Positions 27,496-38,540 of a DNA stretch of 64,000 nt are shown piece after piece. Numbering within the stretch: the first letter of the stretch is position 1; each line of letters begins with the position of its first letter. Source of the stretch: Octopus vulgaris (Eukaryota). The position numbers and the translations under genes were made by a program. The notes below the pieces were generated by a model. That model had not been told where the DNA came from. It was given only the letters and a program-made list of their open reading frames with translations, and made no database searches. The DNA is taken from positions 114,142,001 to 114,206,000 of the forward strand of contig OX597817.1 of the NCBI GenBank assembly GCA_951406725.2, in the 5' to 3' direction.

Positions 27496-27514
27496 ACATA
27501 TATATATGCGCTTC

Positions 27515-27544
<30 letters not shown>

Positions 27545-27546
<2 letters not shown>

Positions 27547-27720
27547 GTTGAAATTTACAGAAAAACAAAAGATGAAGATAGGTGTATGAATAACAAGCAG
27601 GTGTATTAGTTTGATGCTCAGGAAAGTGAGAAAGTCTTTTACATTTTGACCCAACGCCCTTCAACAGAAAGGAATAAGGGAAAATAAACAGAGAGAGAGA
27701 GAGAGAGAGAATAAAAAAGT
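27545..27720 (-). mobile_element. Degenerate copy of the hammerhead-variant element (27634-27672)
   Basis: Minus: CTTT-CTGTTGA-A-GGGC(gttg)GGTC-AAAA-TG-TA-AAAG; (TA)n flanks. Confidence 0.55.
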
Positions 27721-27999
27721 ATATATATCTATATACTTTCAGTTCCATTTCGTGACATCTTATATGAGTTGTAAAATATACTAAAAATATATTTTCTGTG
27801 GTGTAAATGTTATCTGATAAAGAACTCGATATATTTTGTAAAAGTGGATGGATATGTTTGTCACACCAAAAGTTGAAGGTTTACTCAGAGATTTACCCTG
27901 AACATCCACGAATAGTCCAGCCATGAGTGAAATGCTTAGTAGACTGTCTACTTTTGATGTAATAAACACAAATACATACGTTGTGGCTGTCAGTTCATA

Positions 28000-28140
28000 G
28001 GCAAATAAGGCCATCACTGACAAATTATCTTATCATTGCTGTCAGCAATGCCTGTGTTGAAATTTAAATTCAGTAACAGATTGCTCAACATCACTAAGAC
28101 TAACCTACAAAGTCATGCAGTCCAGGGACAAGTAAGAGAG
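28000..28140 (+). pseudogene. Possible hAT transposase C-terminal dimerisation-domain remnant
   Basis: NYLIIAVSNACVE / FSNRLLNITKTNLQS resembles 'YLT.PV..AS.ERSFS.L..IK..LRS'. Confidence 0.35.
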
Positions 28141-28603
28141 AGAGCAAGATTTCTGGTTTTGCAAATAATTGTTACGTTGGAATTTCTTTTTCTTAGAGAG
28201 AAAGATACATAAACAAACACATGGAGTCTCTCACTCTGAATTTTTGAATAGATCTGTCCTTTTACAAGTTCTTTTGTCCATCCTGCAGAGTATCCAATGA
28301 TAAATCATTCTTCTTAACCAAGCAGGGTTGGTAAAGTTGCTGGTTTCATTGCCAATAGCCAAACCATGCAGCAGGTTGTACTGGGTTACATGGTATCAGT
28401 AGCACTAAGAGTGACCTGGGATTCTCACACACACACGTGCACTTTGCACAGTGTGGCCAACAATAACTTTATAGGTGGGAAAATAAAATGTGAAGTTAAT
28501 TAAATTTGTAATAACTTCATGAAAAATTATCCAAAAAGTATGAAATTTTTTTTATATTTCTGTATTTTGTAGAGGTCTCTGTAGTTAATATAACTGCTTT
28601 CAC

Positions 28604-28818
28604 TAAGGCAGCAATCTGGCAGAATTGTTAGCACACTGGGCAAAATGCTTATTGTGTCTTCATGTTCTGAGTTTGAATTCTTCCAAGGCTGACTTTGCCT
28701 TTCATCCTTTTTTGTTTGATATAATAAGTACCAGTTGAGTATTGGAGTCAGTGCAGTTGTCTTACTCCATCCTCCCAAATTGCTGGCCTTGTACCAAAAT
28801 TTGAAACCAATATTACCA
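28604..28818 (+). mobile_element. Family D SINE inserted in Tc1, with 7-bp TSD
   Basis: TSD ctttcac at 28597-28603 and 28819-28825; removing the insert restores ...NLVKAVI. Confidence 0.8.
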
Positions 28819-29303
28819 CTTTCACCAGATTAGGCATGGATTTATTTAGATTATCAGTAATAGATTGATCCATGTTTATCTGCTTTTTGGTCAGTGTTTC
28901 TTTCAGTTTTGTAATTAATGTAATTTTGAACCCTCTTGCATGCAATCTTCTATCAAGATATTCCCATTTGTGTTCAGTTGGATTATGAGTGGGACTTTCA
29001 ACAATCCATTTTAGAGATTTGATTCTGTGAATTCCTTACCTGGCTTGTAAGATCTTTCTTTATGGCATGTGGTTCCATCTTCTTGAAAAAAATTGATCTT
29101 CTTATCACCTCTTATATCAGAGTAGATGGGCAACATTCCCTTTTTAAGCATTTGACAATATTTTGATCCATTTGAATGATTTTAGCATAAATGAGCTGCA
29201 TTCTACTTATTGCCCAAACTATCCCTCTATTCAATGATTTCATTTCCTCTTCATGTATGACAGTTTCTTTCAAGCATTCTGATTCCCATGTTTTGCTTTG
29301 TTG

Positions 29304-29822
29304 CATCATCATCATCATCATCACCACCATCATCATCATCATCATCATAATTTAAAGTTTGTTTTCCATGCTTTCATGGGTTAGATGGTTTGACAGGAGC
29401 GCACCAGCTGAAGAGCTGTTCAGAGCCCCAGTCTGTTTTGGCATAGTTTCTATGGCTGGGTACCCTTCCTAATGCCAACCACTTTACAGAGTGTACTGGG
29501 TGCTTTTACACAGCACCGGCACAGCTGCTTTTTACAGAGCACCAGCACTGATGAGCCTGCAAGATAAGGGATGCTTGGCTGGAGAGGGTTGCAGGGGATG
29601 AGCCCCTATGCAAAAACAACCACACTTTTACTTAGTTTCATATGTCTTTTCAAGCACAGCAAACAGCCGAGAGTCTTGGTTCTCTGTCATCCCCTTTGTG
29701 AGTCCCAATATGTGTAGAACCTTTCTCATCACTTCGTCCCACATCTTCTTGGGTGTACCCCCTCCACATGTTCCCTCTACAATTAGAGATTGGCACCTCT
29801 CGATGCAACTGTCTTCATTCAT
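29304..29822 (-). mobile_element. 5'-truncated RTE LINE (ORF2 end, 3' UTR and (GAT)n)
   Basis: ORF 29628-29822 VEGTCGGGTPKKMWDEVMRKVL..LGLTKGMTENQD.RLFAVLEKT is an RTE-type C-terminus contiguous with the common tail. A plus-strand sibling lies at 30030-30392. Confidence 0.75.
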
Positions 29823-30569
29823 AGGCTTTATGATTTGCCTTGAAATGGAAAACTGGCAGAATTTTCTTTCATCATACCATATTTTTTATGACTAAAACTC
29901 ATTGTCATTGTTACAAAATTCTTTAACCCAGGTGAATATTTTTGTCTTATTAATTTTTAAAATCATTGGTTTCTTCATTGCAACTCTTGTTTCCATACAA
30001 AATATTTCTGTAATATTCTTATGCAATGAACCTTACAAAGGAGATGACAGAGGATCGAGATATGTGGCACATTGCTGTACTTGAGAAGATGCACCCATCA
30101 CAACAAAACAGATCCTAAAATCAAGGTGCCATGTAAATAGCATTAATGTGGGTGCTGGTGCCATGTAAAAAAGCACTGGTGCTGATGGCACTTAAAAAGT
30201 GCTGGTGATGGTGTCACATAAAAAATATCCAGTACACTCTGTGGAAGGGTTGGTATTAGGAAGGGCATCCAGCTGTAGAAACCAAGCCAAAACAGACCTT
30301 AGAAACAGGTGCAGCCCCTGGCCTTGCTAGTTCCTATCAAGCCGTCAAACACATGCCAGCAAGGACATAATGATGATAATGATGATGATGATCCCCAGTA
30401 TTTGCAACATCTGTTGCAAATTGATGTTAATTGCCCTCTTTATTTTTCTCAGAAAATTCTTGGGGCCCCTTAGATTATTTTTCTTCATTTGGTAGTGCTC
30501 ATCTTCAGTCTACATCTTAATACTGTTTGTTGATTAGAATTGAAAAATTGAGCTCGATTCAACTCTTAA

Positions 30570-30790
30570 CCCTTTCATTACTGTATTTATTTTGAGATGC
30601 TCTGTGTTTCTTTCAATTATTTTAAATATAACAAAGAATTTAGTAAAATAACTTAGTCATCATTAAACAAGTGTTAGGAACATAAATTACGACTAAGGTT
30701 TGGTGGTATATTTCAATGTAAAACTTATGAAAACAAGACATTTGTACTTCAGAGCCAGAGCCAGTTTTGGCTGGGTTGGTAACGAAAGGG
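30570..30790. mobile_element. piggyBac-type MITE
   Basis: TTAA at 30566-30569 and 30791-30794; TIRs ccctttc(a/g)ttac. Related elements at about 148-450, 40175-40557 and 60430-60623. Confidence 0.8.
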
Positions 30791-31069
30791 TTAATATTGA
30801 TACCAGTTGATAACTTGCCCACATTCCCAATTCGTCAATAACTTTTCCCCCTCCTTATGGTTTCCATTGTTGTACTTTCTAATTAAAGATACAATTAATT
30901 CAAAACTACAGTTAAATTCATATGTGTATTACAAAAAGGAAACAACACTTAATAAGAAGAAATCTTTAAAATTTCTCATAGGTCACTGTATCTCTATCTG
31001 TTTATCTACTTGATTACCTAACTGCCTTCCTCTTTTCGCTCCCTCTCTCTCACTCTCTCTCTCTGTATA

Positions 31070-31463
31070 TCACAATTAGTAATGATAAAATTTTTCCATT
31101 ATGGTTTTATATTGTGCCTACCTGTTTATATTAATTTTTGGTATACATGTTAGCATATCAGTAAATCAGCTGTAAATTTATATGACAAATATATATATTG
31201 ACAGATGGATTTAGCTAAAACCATCTGAACAATGGAGTAGGCACTGCTGATGAGTCTGAAACTCACAGACGAAACTAGTCCAGTGCTCCTAGCTTTGTTC
31301 ATAGGGCAGTTATCTCCCTTGTCAGTATACATAAGTTGTGTGCTTTATGCAACCTTAAGGGTTTTAACTCTTATTTCTTGCAATATAGATATTATTCAGC
31401 ACCCTCAGTCACATTTAATGATAATTAAATTTTTCCTTTATGATTTTATATTGTGCCTAGCAG

Positions 31464-31470
<7 letters not shown>
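31070..31470 (+). mobile_element. Retrozyme-like monomer (339-bp period) with terminal direct repeat
   Basis: About 60-bp direct repeat 31070-31131 / 31409-31470 (ttttatattgtgccta at 31105 and 31444); central hammerhead; (TA)n at the 3' end. Confidence 0.7.
31241..31286 (+). ncRNA. Type I hammerhead ribozyme, canonical core
   Basis: Stem I GCACTG/CAGTGC; CTGATGA (31247-31253); stem II GTCTG-aaactca-CAGAC; GAAA (31271-31274); stem III AC-TA-GT; GTC cleavage triplet ending at 31280. Confidence 0.9.
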
Positions 31471-31498
<28 letters not shown>

Positions 31499-31503
<5 letters not shown>

Positions 31504-31860
31504 TCACTTGAAAGTGGATGTAGTGATAAAATACACAAATACTAATATATACCAGGTGAGAAAGCTCTTATATGGTTATTTGGTGCATAAAAGCACATCA
31601 TAGCTATTGCTATTCACCACTTAAAAGTTGCTGCTATTTCCAATGGCATGGTGTCTATCATTGACAAGGCTAAATAAAGCTGAAAATCACATGATCAGGT
31701 AGTCCTGGCGATGGTTGTAGCAGTGATTGTCTGCCATTGGATATAGTTATGGTGTGCTTTTATGCAGTAAATAACCATATGAGAATTTCCTCTCTTGGTA
31801 TATATCACATTATTTGTGTGTTCTAATGCAACATCTGCTTTTAAGTAGTGAATATTTTAC
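31499..31860. mobile_element. Foldback MITE with about 105-bp imperfect TIRs
   Basis: 31499-31606 is the inverse of about 31743-31855; same family at 34743-34998. Confidence 0.7.
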
Positions 31861-32030
31861 TTTTTGGCATTAATATTGCCTTTGTCACACTCTCTCTCTG
31901 TCTCTCTTTTTCTCTCTCTCTTTCTCCCTCTCTTTCTCTCTCTCTTTCTCTCTCTCTTTCTCCCTCTCTTACTCTCTATGTATTTATATATGTGTGTTTG
32001 TGTCTATGTATGTATATGTATGTATGTATC

Positions 32031-32063
<33 letters not shown>

Positions 32064-32539
32064 GAAAAAGATTTACTTTCGCACAAGTAAGAATATAGGA
32101 GAATTGGTCTGGTGGTTGAAAATGTACCTGGGTCATAATACAATGTTGTAGTTTTTCAAATTTGTTTACAAAAAAACTGTTTTTGTTTTTTTATTTAATG
32201 GTAAATAAAAAAAAACAAGATGGAAGCTTAAAAGAAAGTGAATGCACAGGAAAAAAATTCCTTATCAATAACACGTTTAAAAAAATCAAATGTTCACGAA
32301 AATTCAAATATTCAATAAATTTCACAGTAATAGGAAATGATGAAAGTTCAAATGTTTGATCAATTTCTTACAGTAGTACATGATTGTGAGTCCAATAAGT
32401 TTCAAAGCAATAAGTTAATACTAGCAATTAAGTATGATGAAGTTTTAAAAAAAAAAAAAAGGAAAAATGACTTTTTACAAGTTCTGTTATAGTATATGGA
32501 AGAGAATTGCTTGTCATTCAAGCCCATGTTACTTTGTAT

Positions 32540-32897
32540 ATATAGGTTTTAAGATATAGTCTCCAGTTCCATTTGGTTATTTATTCAAAAACATCACTTG
32601 TTTTTCTCCACTTGTGGTCTTCTGGTTAACTGACTGCCCGAGTATGTCATTAGTTTATCAAATGTTTTGGTCACTTATTTTGGTTTGGCAGTAGTTCAGC
32701 ATTCTGGTTGGTTGACTGCTTGAGGATGTCATTTGTTTATCAACTGTTTTGATCCCTTGTTTTTGTCCAATAGTAATCCAGGGCTAGGCTGGTTGATTTT
32801 CTGTGGATAGGCAGTCAACCAATCAGAAGGCTGGGCTACAGGTGGACAAAAACAAATGATGTCTGAATAAATAACCAATTGGAACACAAGCCTATAT
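32540..32897. mobile_element. Foldback MITE with long TIRs and an internal ~81-bp tandem repeat
   Basis: gttccatttggttatttattca / tgaataaataaccaattggaac; internal repeat ttctggtt...gactgc...atgtcatt.gtttatcaa x2. Confidence 0.65.
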
Positions 32898-32964
32898 TTC
32901 AAAGCCTAATGATGAGCAACTCTCCTTTATACACCCTGACAGAACTTGGAAAAAAAAATTTTCT

Positions 32965-33420
32965 GGTGTGGCTGTTTAGTAAGAAGTATGCTGCCCAACC
33001 ACATGCATCTGAGTTCAGTCCTATTGCATGACACCTTGGGCAAGTATCTTCTCTTATAACGTTGGGCCAGCCAAAGCCTTGTGAGTGGATTTGGTAGACG
33101 GAAACTGAAAGAAGCCTGTCATAAATATATATACACACATGTATATATGTATATAATACACATATACTCTCTCTCACACAAACACACACACATCTATGTG
33201 TGTGTCTTCATATCTGTGTTTGTCCCTTGCTACTGTTTGACAGCTGGTGTTGGTGGGTTTATGTTCCCATAACTTAGCAGTTTGGCAAAAGAGAACAATA
33301 GAATAAGTACCTGGTTTAAAACATAAGTACTGGGGTTTATTCATTTGACTAAAAATTTCTGAGGGTGGTGCCCCAGCATAGCCACAGTCAAATGACTGAA
33401 ACAAGTAAAAAAAAAAGATA
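32965..33420 (+). mobile_element. Family A SINE (older subfamily)
   Basis: Colinear with 5380-5790. Confidence 0.82.
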
Positions 33421-33779
33421 TCTAACTGCTAATATTAACTTGTTACTTTGAAAGATATTAAGCTTTCAAACATGTATTATTGTTATGATATATATCAAAT
33501 ATTTAAACTTTTATAATTTCCTATTACTGTGAAACTTATTTAATACCTGAATTTTCACAAACATTTGATTAAGTGCATTTTATTACTATGGAATTTTCCC
33601 TGTGCATTCACTTTCTTTTAAACTTTCATTGTGCTTTTTATTTGCCTTTGGAAAACAAACTGGTAGGGTAATGGTATTTTGATAAATTTGTGAAAAGTTT
33701 TCAAAACTACAATTTGTGTTAGGCTCCAAGTGTATTTTCAAAACCAATTCTCATATTTATATATACATCAAGACCTCTG

Positions 33780-34278
33780 AGATATACTGTGATTGCGAAG
33801 ACCCGACAAATGGAGTTCATGGCTCGCAGGACTGCCAGCTGTGCTAACCTTGGATCGTAGAGTGACCCGCTGTGCTTGAGGAGACCTACTGTTTCAAGTA
33901 CGTCAACACCAACATCAAAATAAAAATCAAATGGAAATTGTAGTTAAGATACCCATGCTGGTGGCACGTAAAAAGCACCATCCGAATGAGGCTGATGCCA
34001 GCGCCACTTGACTGGCGTCCATATCAGTGACACGTAAGAAGCACCAACTGATTGTGGCCGTTTGCCAGCTTCCCCTGGGCCCTGTGCCGGTGGCATGTAA
34101 AAGCACCCACTACACTCATGGAGTGTTGGCGTTAGGAAGGGCATCTGGCTGTAGAAACACTGCCAGATCCGACTGGAGCCTGGCACAGCCTCCTGGCTTC
34201 CCAGATCCTGGTCAACCATCCAACCCATGCTAGCATGGGAAACGGATGTTAAACAATGATGATGATGATGATGATGAT
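33780..34278 (+). mobile_element. RTE LINE 3' end with (GAT)n tail
   Basis: RYTVIAKTR-like end followed by the common tail. Confidence 0.7.
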
Positions 34279-34742
34279 ATATATATATATATACATACAT
34301 TATCTACTCCACATTTTGAGCATTTATGACAAGATGTGTTTTCGAGAAAACAGTTGCTCCCGCAAAACAAAATAAAATTTGTGCAGAGGGTCAAATTTGG
34401 TAACAAAAACAGGACAGTGAAAACAAACAGTAAGAGCTGCTATGCCATAACGAGGTGAGGTGGCGACTGCTGGAGGAACAAGCTTTGACAGGAGAAAAGA
34501 TAGGAGAGGAGACAGACCAGAATGCATGTGATCTGTGTGGCAGATCAAAAGGAAAGAAAGAAGCTCAAGTTAGGAAAAGAAAGATGGCCGATGGTCACGT
34601 TTGAGCAATGAGAGAGTAAATGAGGAAGAGTGAGAAAGAGAGAGGGACAGATAGGGAATGGTGAAGGGGAGAGGAAAAGAATTAGAGAAACGATGAGAGA
34701 GAAAAGTGAAGGGGGAGCAGCAGAAGCAGTATAATAAGAAAT

Positions 34743-34998
34743 GGTAAAATATTCAGTATTTAAAAGTGGATGTTGTATTAGAACACACAAAGACTGTGAT
34801 ATTTACCAAAATATGCTGAAGTCATGTGATCAGGTGGTCCTGGCAATGGAAGTAGCAGTGATTGTCTGCTGCTAGTGATAACCACTAAGTGCTTCTATGT
34901 GCCAAAAAACCACATGAGAGTGTTTCTCTCTTGACAAATAATATAACAGTATTCATGTTCTAATGCAACATCCATTTTTAAGTGGTGAATATTTTACC
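34743..34998. mobile_element. Foldback MITE (same family as 31499-31860)
   Basis: ggtaaaatattca...aaaagtggatgttgtattagaaca / tgttctaatgcaacatccatttttaag...tgaatattttacc. Confidence 0.7.
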
Positions 34999-36520
34999 TT
35001 ACACACACACACAAACATGTATGTGTATGTGTATGTAATCATGTCTTGTCATCATCTGATGATTGTAAGCAAGCTGCATCACCATCATAAACGTGATGGT
35101 TGTTCATTTTCAGCCTTCCATCAAAAATATGTCCGACCATGAAGAAATATTTCTTTGCTTGGAAACAGCTAAGGGTTGGTGACAGGAAGGGCATCCAGCT
35201 ATAAAAAAAAAATCTCAACAAATTCCATTTAACCCATGCAAGCATGGAAAAGTAGACATTAAAAAATTTTCTATAGATATAATAAAAAGCACATAAATTT
35301 ATATATTTTTAATATATTTTAAATGAGAGAATATAATGATAGTCAACCAGTTTCATGTTTTGCTAATCATGACATTGAAATTGGTGAAAATATTTCAATT
35401 TTGTATTTTCTTAAGAAGTTTTTAGTCCATGTTGCTTGTATGAGAGTTTGTTTGTAAATGAATCAACATGTAGGAAAAAAAATTTGGATATATACTATAT
35501 ATAGTCCTTTAATTAAATAATAATTATATTTATTGAAGACTAATACTCAATCCATGTTTTGTTTATATTACTTAATTTTTATTTACTGAGTTCTCCCCTC
35601 AATGTTATACAAATAATAATCCTTATTTAAGTAACTTCAATTCTCATTACTTCTAAAAAACTAGTAATATTTTGATATCCATTATTATAGCCTAAATCTA
35701 TATCTATGAGGTATTTTTGTAATAGTGCTTGTAGCTCTAAATTTATCTTCCTATTTATTATGGAATTTTCCTTATGATAAATTAAGTAAACAAAGAAATT
35801 TTTTGTTAAGTTTCTATTCATATTTATTATGGAATTCTCCCACCAATAAGCAATAAATTTAGAACACTTTTTATTAGTTACTTTAAACAACTTTTTTTAT
35901 ATCAATAACTTTAAATAAATAGAAGAGTTATTATATATTAAAAATATAATTACCATTTATATCTTTTTACGCATTTTATTACAGTTTCTAGATTAAGTAA
36001 GACCCTGATACTTAATTATATACATATATATTATTGTTGTATGCTATTATAATAGCAAAAAATTGTCTTAAACATAAACGAGTTTGGATTGATATCATTT
36101 GAAATATATAGAAATATATTTTGATAGTTGCAGATTCTGCTTACTTAATTATTTTGTCCTTTTTAATTTTGTTGTTTTTTAATTTTTAATATAATTGATA
36201 TGTAGTTGAATGGCTAACACTCACGCTCATTATACATAAGCATTTGAATTAATTTTTTTACAATCCAGCAATTCTTTCACATGGAATTTCATCTACCTAC
36301 ACACCAATTGCCCCGATGAGGCTTATATGTAAGAAAATTGAATTGTTTATACATTAAAAAATGTATATAAGTCAAAACAAATTGTTGGCTTTTTTGGTTT
36401 TTTAAATAATTGTTTATGTTATATTATATTCATAGTATATTATGTTATATCATAATATAAATAAATTATTGGATTGTCATTTGTATTTCTCTCTTTAATT
36501 TGTTGTTATATATATATATA

Positions 36521-37112
36521 TATATATGCAGTGTACTGTTCTGTGATAGTAAGTTCAACAAAAAAAGTACTCCATCTGGTGAGTGATAAATATTACTTAA
36601 TAAAATAATATATATGCAGTGTACTGTTCTGTGATAGTAAGATCAACAAAAAAAGTATTCCATCTGGTGAGAGATAAATATTATTTAATAAAACGTTGAA
36701 AGATTTAAAAGGCCAAACAATGCAAATAGATTTTAAGATGAGGTAACGTAAACTAAAAGTAAGTTACCTAGTAATCTTTGGTCATATATCTACCCAATAT
36801 TTCGGGACATACAAATCCCTTCTTCAGGGTTAAAAAGGAACTGTCCTTGGAAAGATGTTTTTTGTCAGAGATAAAATAATTCTATGATTATATTTGAATT
36901 TTCAAGTGTTCAAATATAACCATACAATTATTTTATCTCTGACAAAAAACATCTTTCCAAGGACAGTTCCTTTTTAACCCTGAATAAAGGACTTGTATGT
37001 CCTGAAATATTGGATACATATACGACCAAAGATTACCAGGTAACTTACTTTTAGTTTATATCTCCTCATCTTAAAATCTATTGGCATTGTTTAGCCTTTT
37101 AAATCTTTCAAC
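36521..37112. repeat. 88-bp tandem duplication followed by a 204-bp-arm palindrome carrying hammerhead-like motifs
   Basis: Tandem copies 36521-36608 / 36609-36693; arms 36695-36898 and 36909-37112 with a 10-nt loop. Confidence 0.9.
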
Positions 37113-37197
37113 TTTATATTCCATATACAATGCTTCAAGCAAACTATAAAATCTTATTATTATTTGATAATTTTTAGTTTGTTATGCAATGTGGGCA

Positions 37198-37280
37198 GTG
37201 TCTGATGATTGTGCTAGGACACCAAATGTGTGAAAAACCCTGTTTGGCATGCTCTCAGCATATGAAACTAATAGTAGCAC
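37198..37280 (+). ncRNA. Type I hammerhead ribozyme with long stem II
   Basis: Stem I GTGT/GCAC; CTGATGA (37202-37208); stem II TGTGCT/AGCATA plus CCAAAT/GTTTGG; GAAA (37264-37267); stem III ACT-aat-AGT; GTA triplet ending at 37276; U.U mismatch at the base of stem II. Confidence 0.65.
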
Positions 37281-38013
37281 ATAAATGCATATGTTATGTT
37301 TATTAAATAATAATGATATATATAAATACACACACACACACACTATACGTATATTTGATGGGTTTCTTTCTCTTTTCATCTGCCGAATCCACTCACAAGG
37401 CTTTGGATGGACCAGGGCTATAGTAGAAGATACTTGCCTAAAGTACTTCACATAATTTTTGTCATCAAGAAAAATGAATTTATGTATGGAAATATATTTA
37501 AGTTCTATGTAAAGAATTGTACATTTTAAATCTTGTTTGCAAAATGTTTGTAATCTACAGTGCAATCAATGAAGATTAATTAAGCTTTTAAACTTCTGTC
37601 TGCTACAGTCTGAACAAATATCAGACTATACTTTTTTAAATCATTGACTTATTCTATTCTGCAAAATAAAATTCTCAAACTTAGCATCTTTAATAATGTA
37701 CTAGCTAAACCAGAATAGAGGAACATATTACCATAAATGAACATGAAGAAAATCTGTTAATCATGGATTGGCAGACTGAATAGATGGAAGACAAAAATGA
37801 ATAAGCTGAAAAGATATTGGATTACAAAATTAAGGGGCATGAGTTCAGATGTATATCAGATATTCATTGTTTTTTTTTTTTTGAGCCAGTCACTTATTTC
37901 AGCATGTCTCAGTTTATCTTTCTGTAGGAACAAATACCATGCTTTTTGAGGCAAGATACTTGTTGTAGGCTACTTTCTTAACCAGAAGAAGATTTAGTGT
38001 TCATTTGCATATG

Positions 38014-38540
38014 CCTTTAGCATTCAGATTTCTCTGTCAAATGTAATGCTTATTTATCCATATTGTTTTAAAGTCAGTGGTTAGGGTGTCAAACTTACAA
38101 CCGTGAGGTTGTGAGTTTGAATCCCGGACCGGGCTGTGTGTTGTGTTCTTGAGCAAGACACTTCATTTCACATTGCTCCAGTTTTACTCAGCTGTAGAAA
38201 TGAGTTGCAATGTCACTGGTGCCAAACTATATTGTCTTTGGATAACATCGGTGGCATGGAGAGCGGAGGCTGGTATGCATGGGTGACTGCTGGTCTTCCG
38301 TAAACAACCTTGCCTGGACTTGTGCCTTGGAGGGTAACTTTCTAGGTGCAATCCTATGGTCATTCATGACTGAAGGAGGTCTCTGTTGTATTATCTCATG
38401 ACTCAGAAATTTCAATGGTATGCTTGTTTATTTTTTTTAATGATGTTGAATAATAGATGTTAGATGCTGGATCTGGCCAGTTTGAACATAAAACAGGTAG
38501 AATATTTGGGCCAGATATGGCTGGTTTAAATGCTTAAGAG
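38014..38540. mobile_element. TTAA-type MITE containing a family B SINE (38075-38383)
   Basis: cctttagcattcaga...aatgcttaagag-TTAA; siblings at 26304-26532, 49266-49485 and 55641-55852. Confidence 0.7.

Larger units (their letters stand above)
28448..30560 (-). pseudogene. Fragmented Tc1 (DD34E) transposon with nested insertions
   Basis: Minus blocks in order: RVAMKKPM..KINKTKIFTWVKE...WYDERKF (first D, about 29860-29990); FQEDG (second D, about 29080); SPTHNPTEHKWEYLDRR (E, about 28945-28995); DNLNKSMPNLVKAVI; cagtg end at 28448. Confidence 0.75.

Noticed and set aside
34387-34460. ag...gtgagg bounded open segment
   Set aside because: Poor polypyrimidine tract and no recognisable peptide.
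35998-36070. Possible hammerhead (TAAGAC...GTCTTA around cctgatac)
   Set aside because: The core deviates at several positions; could be chance in AT-rich DNA.
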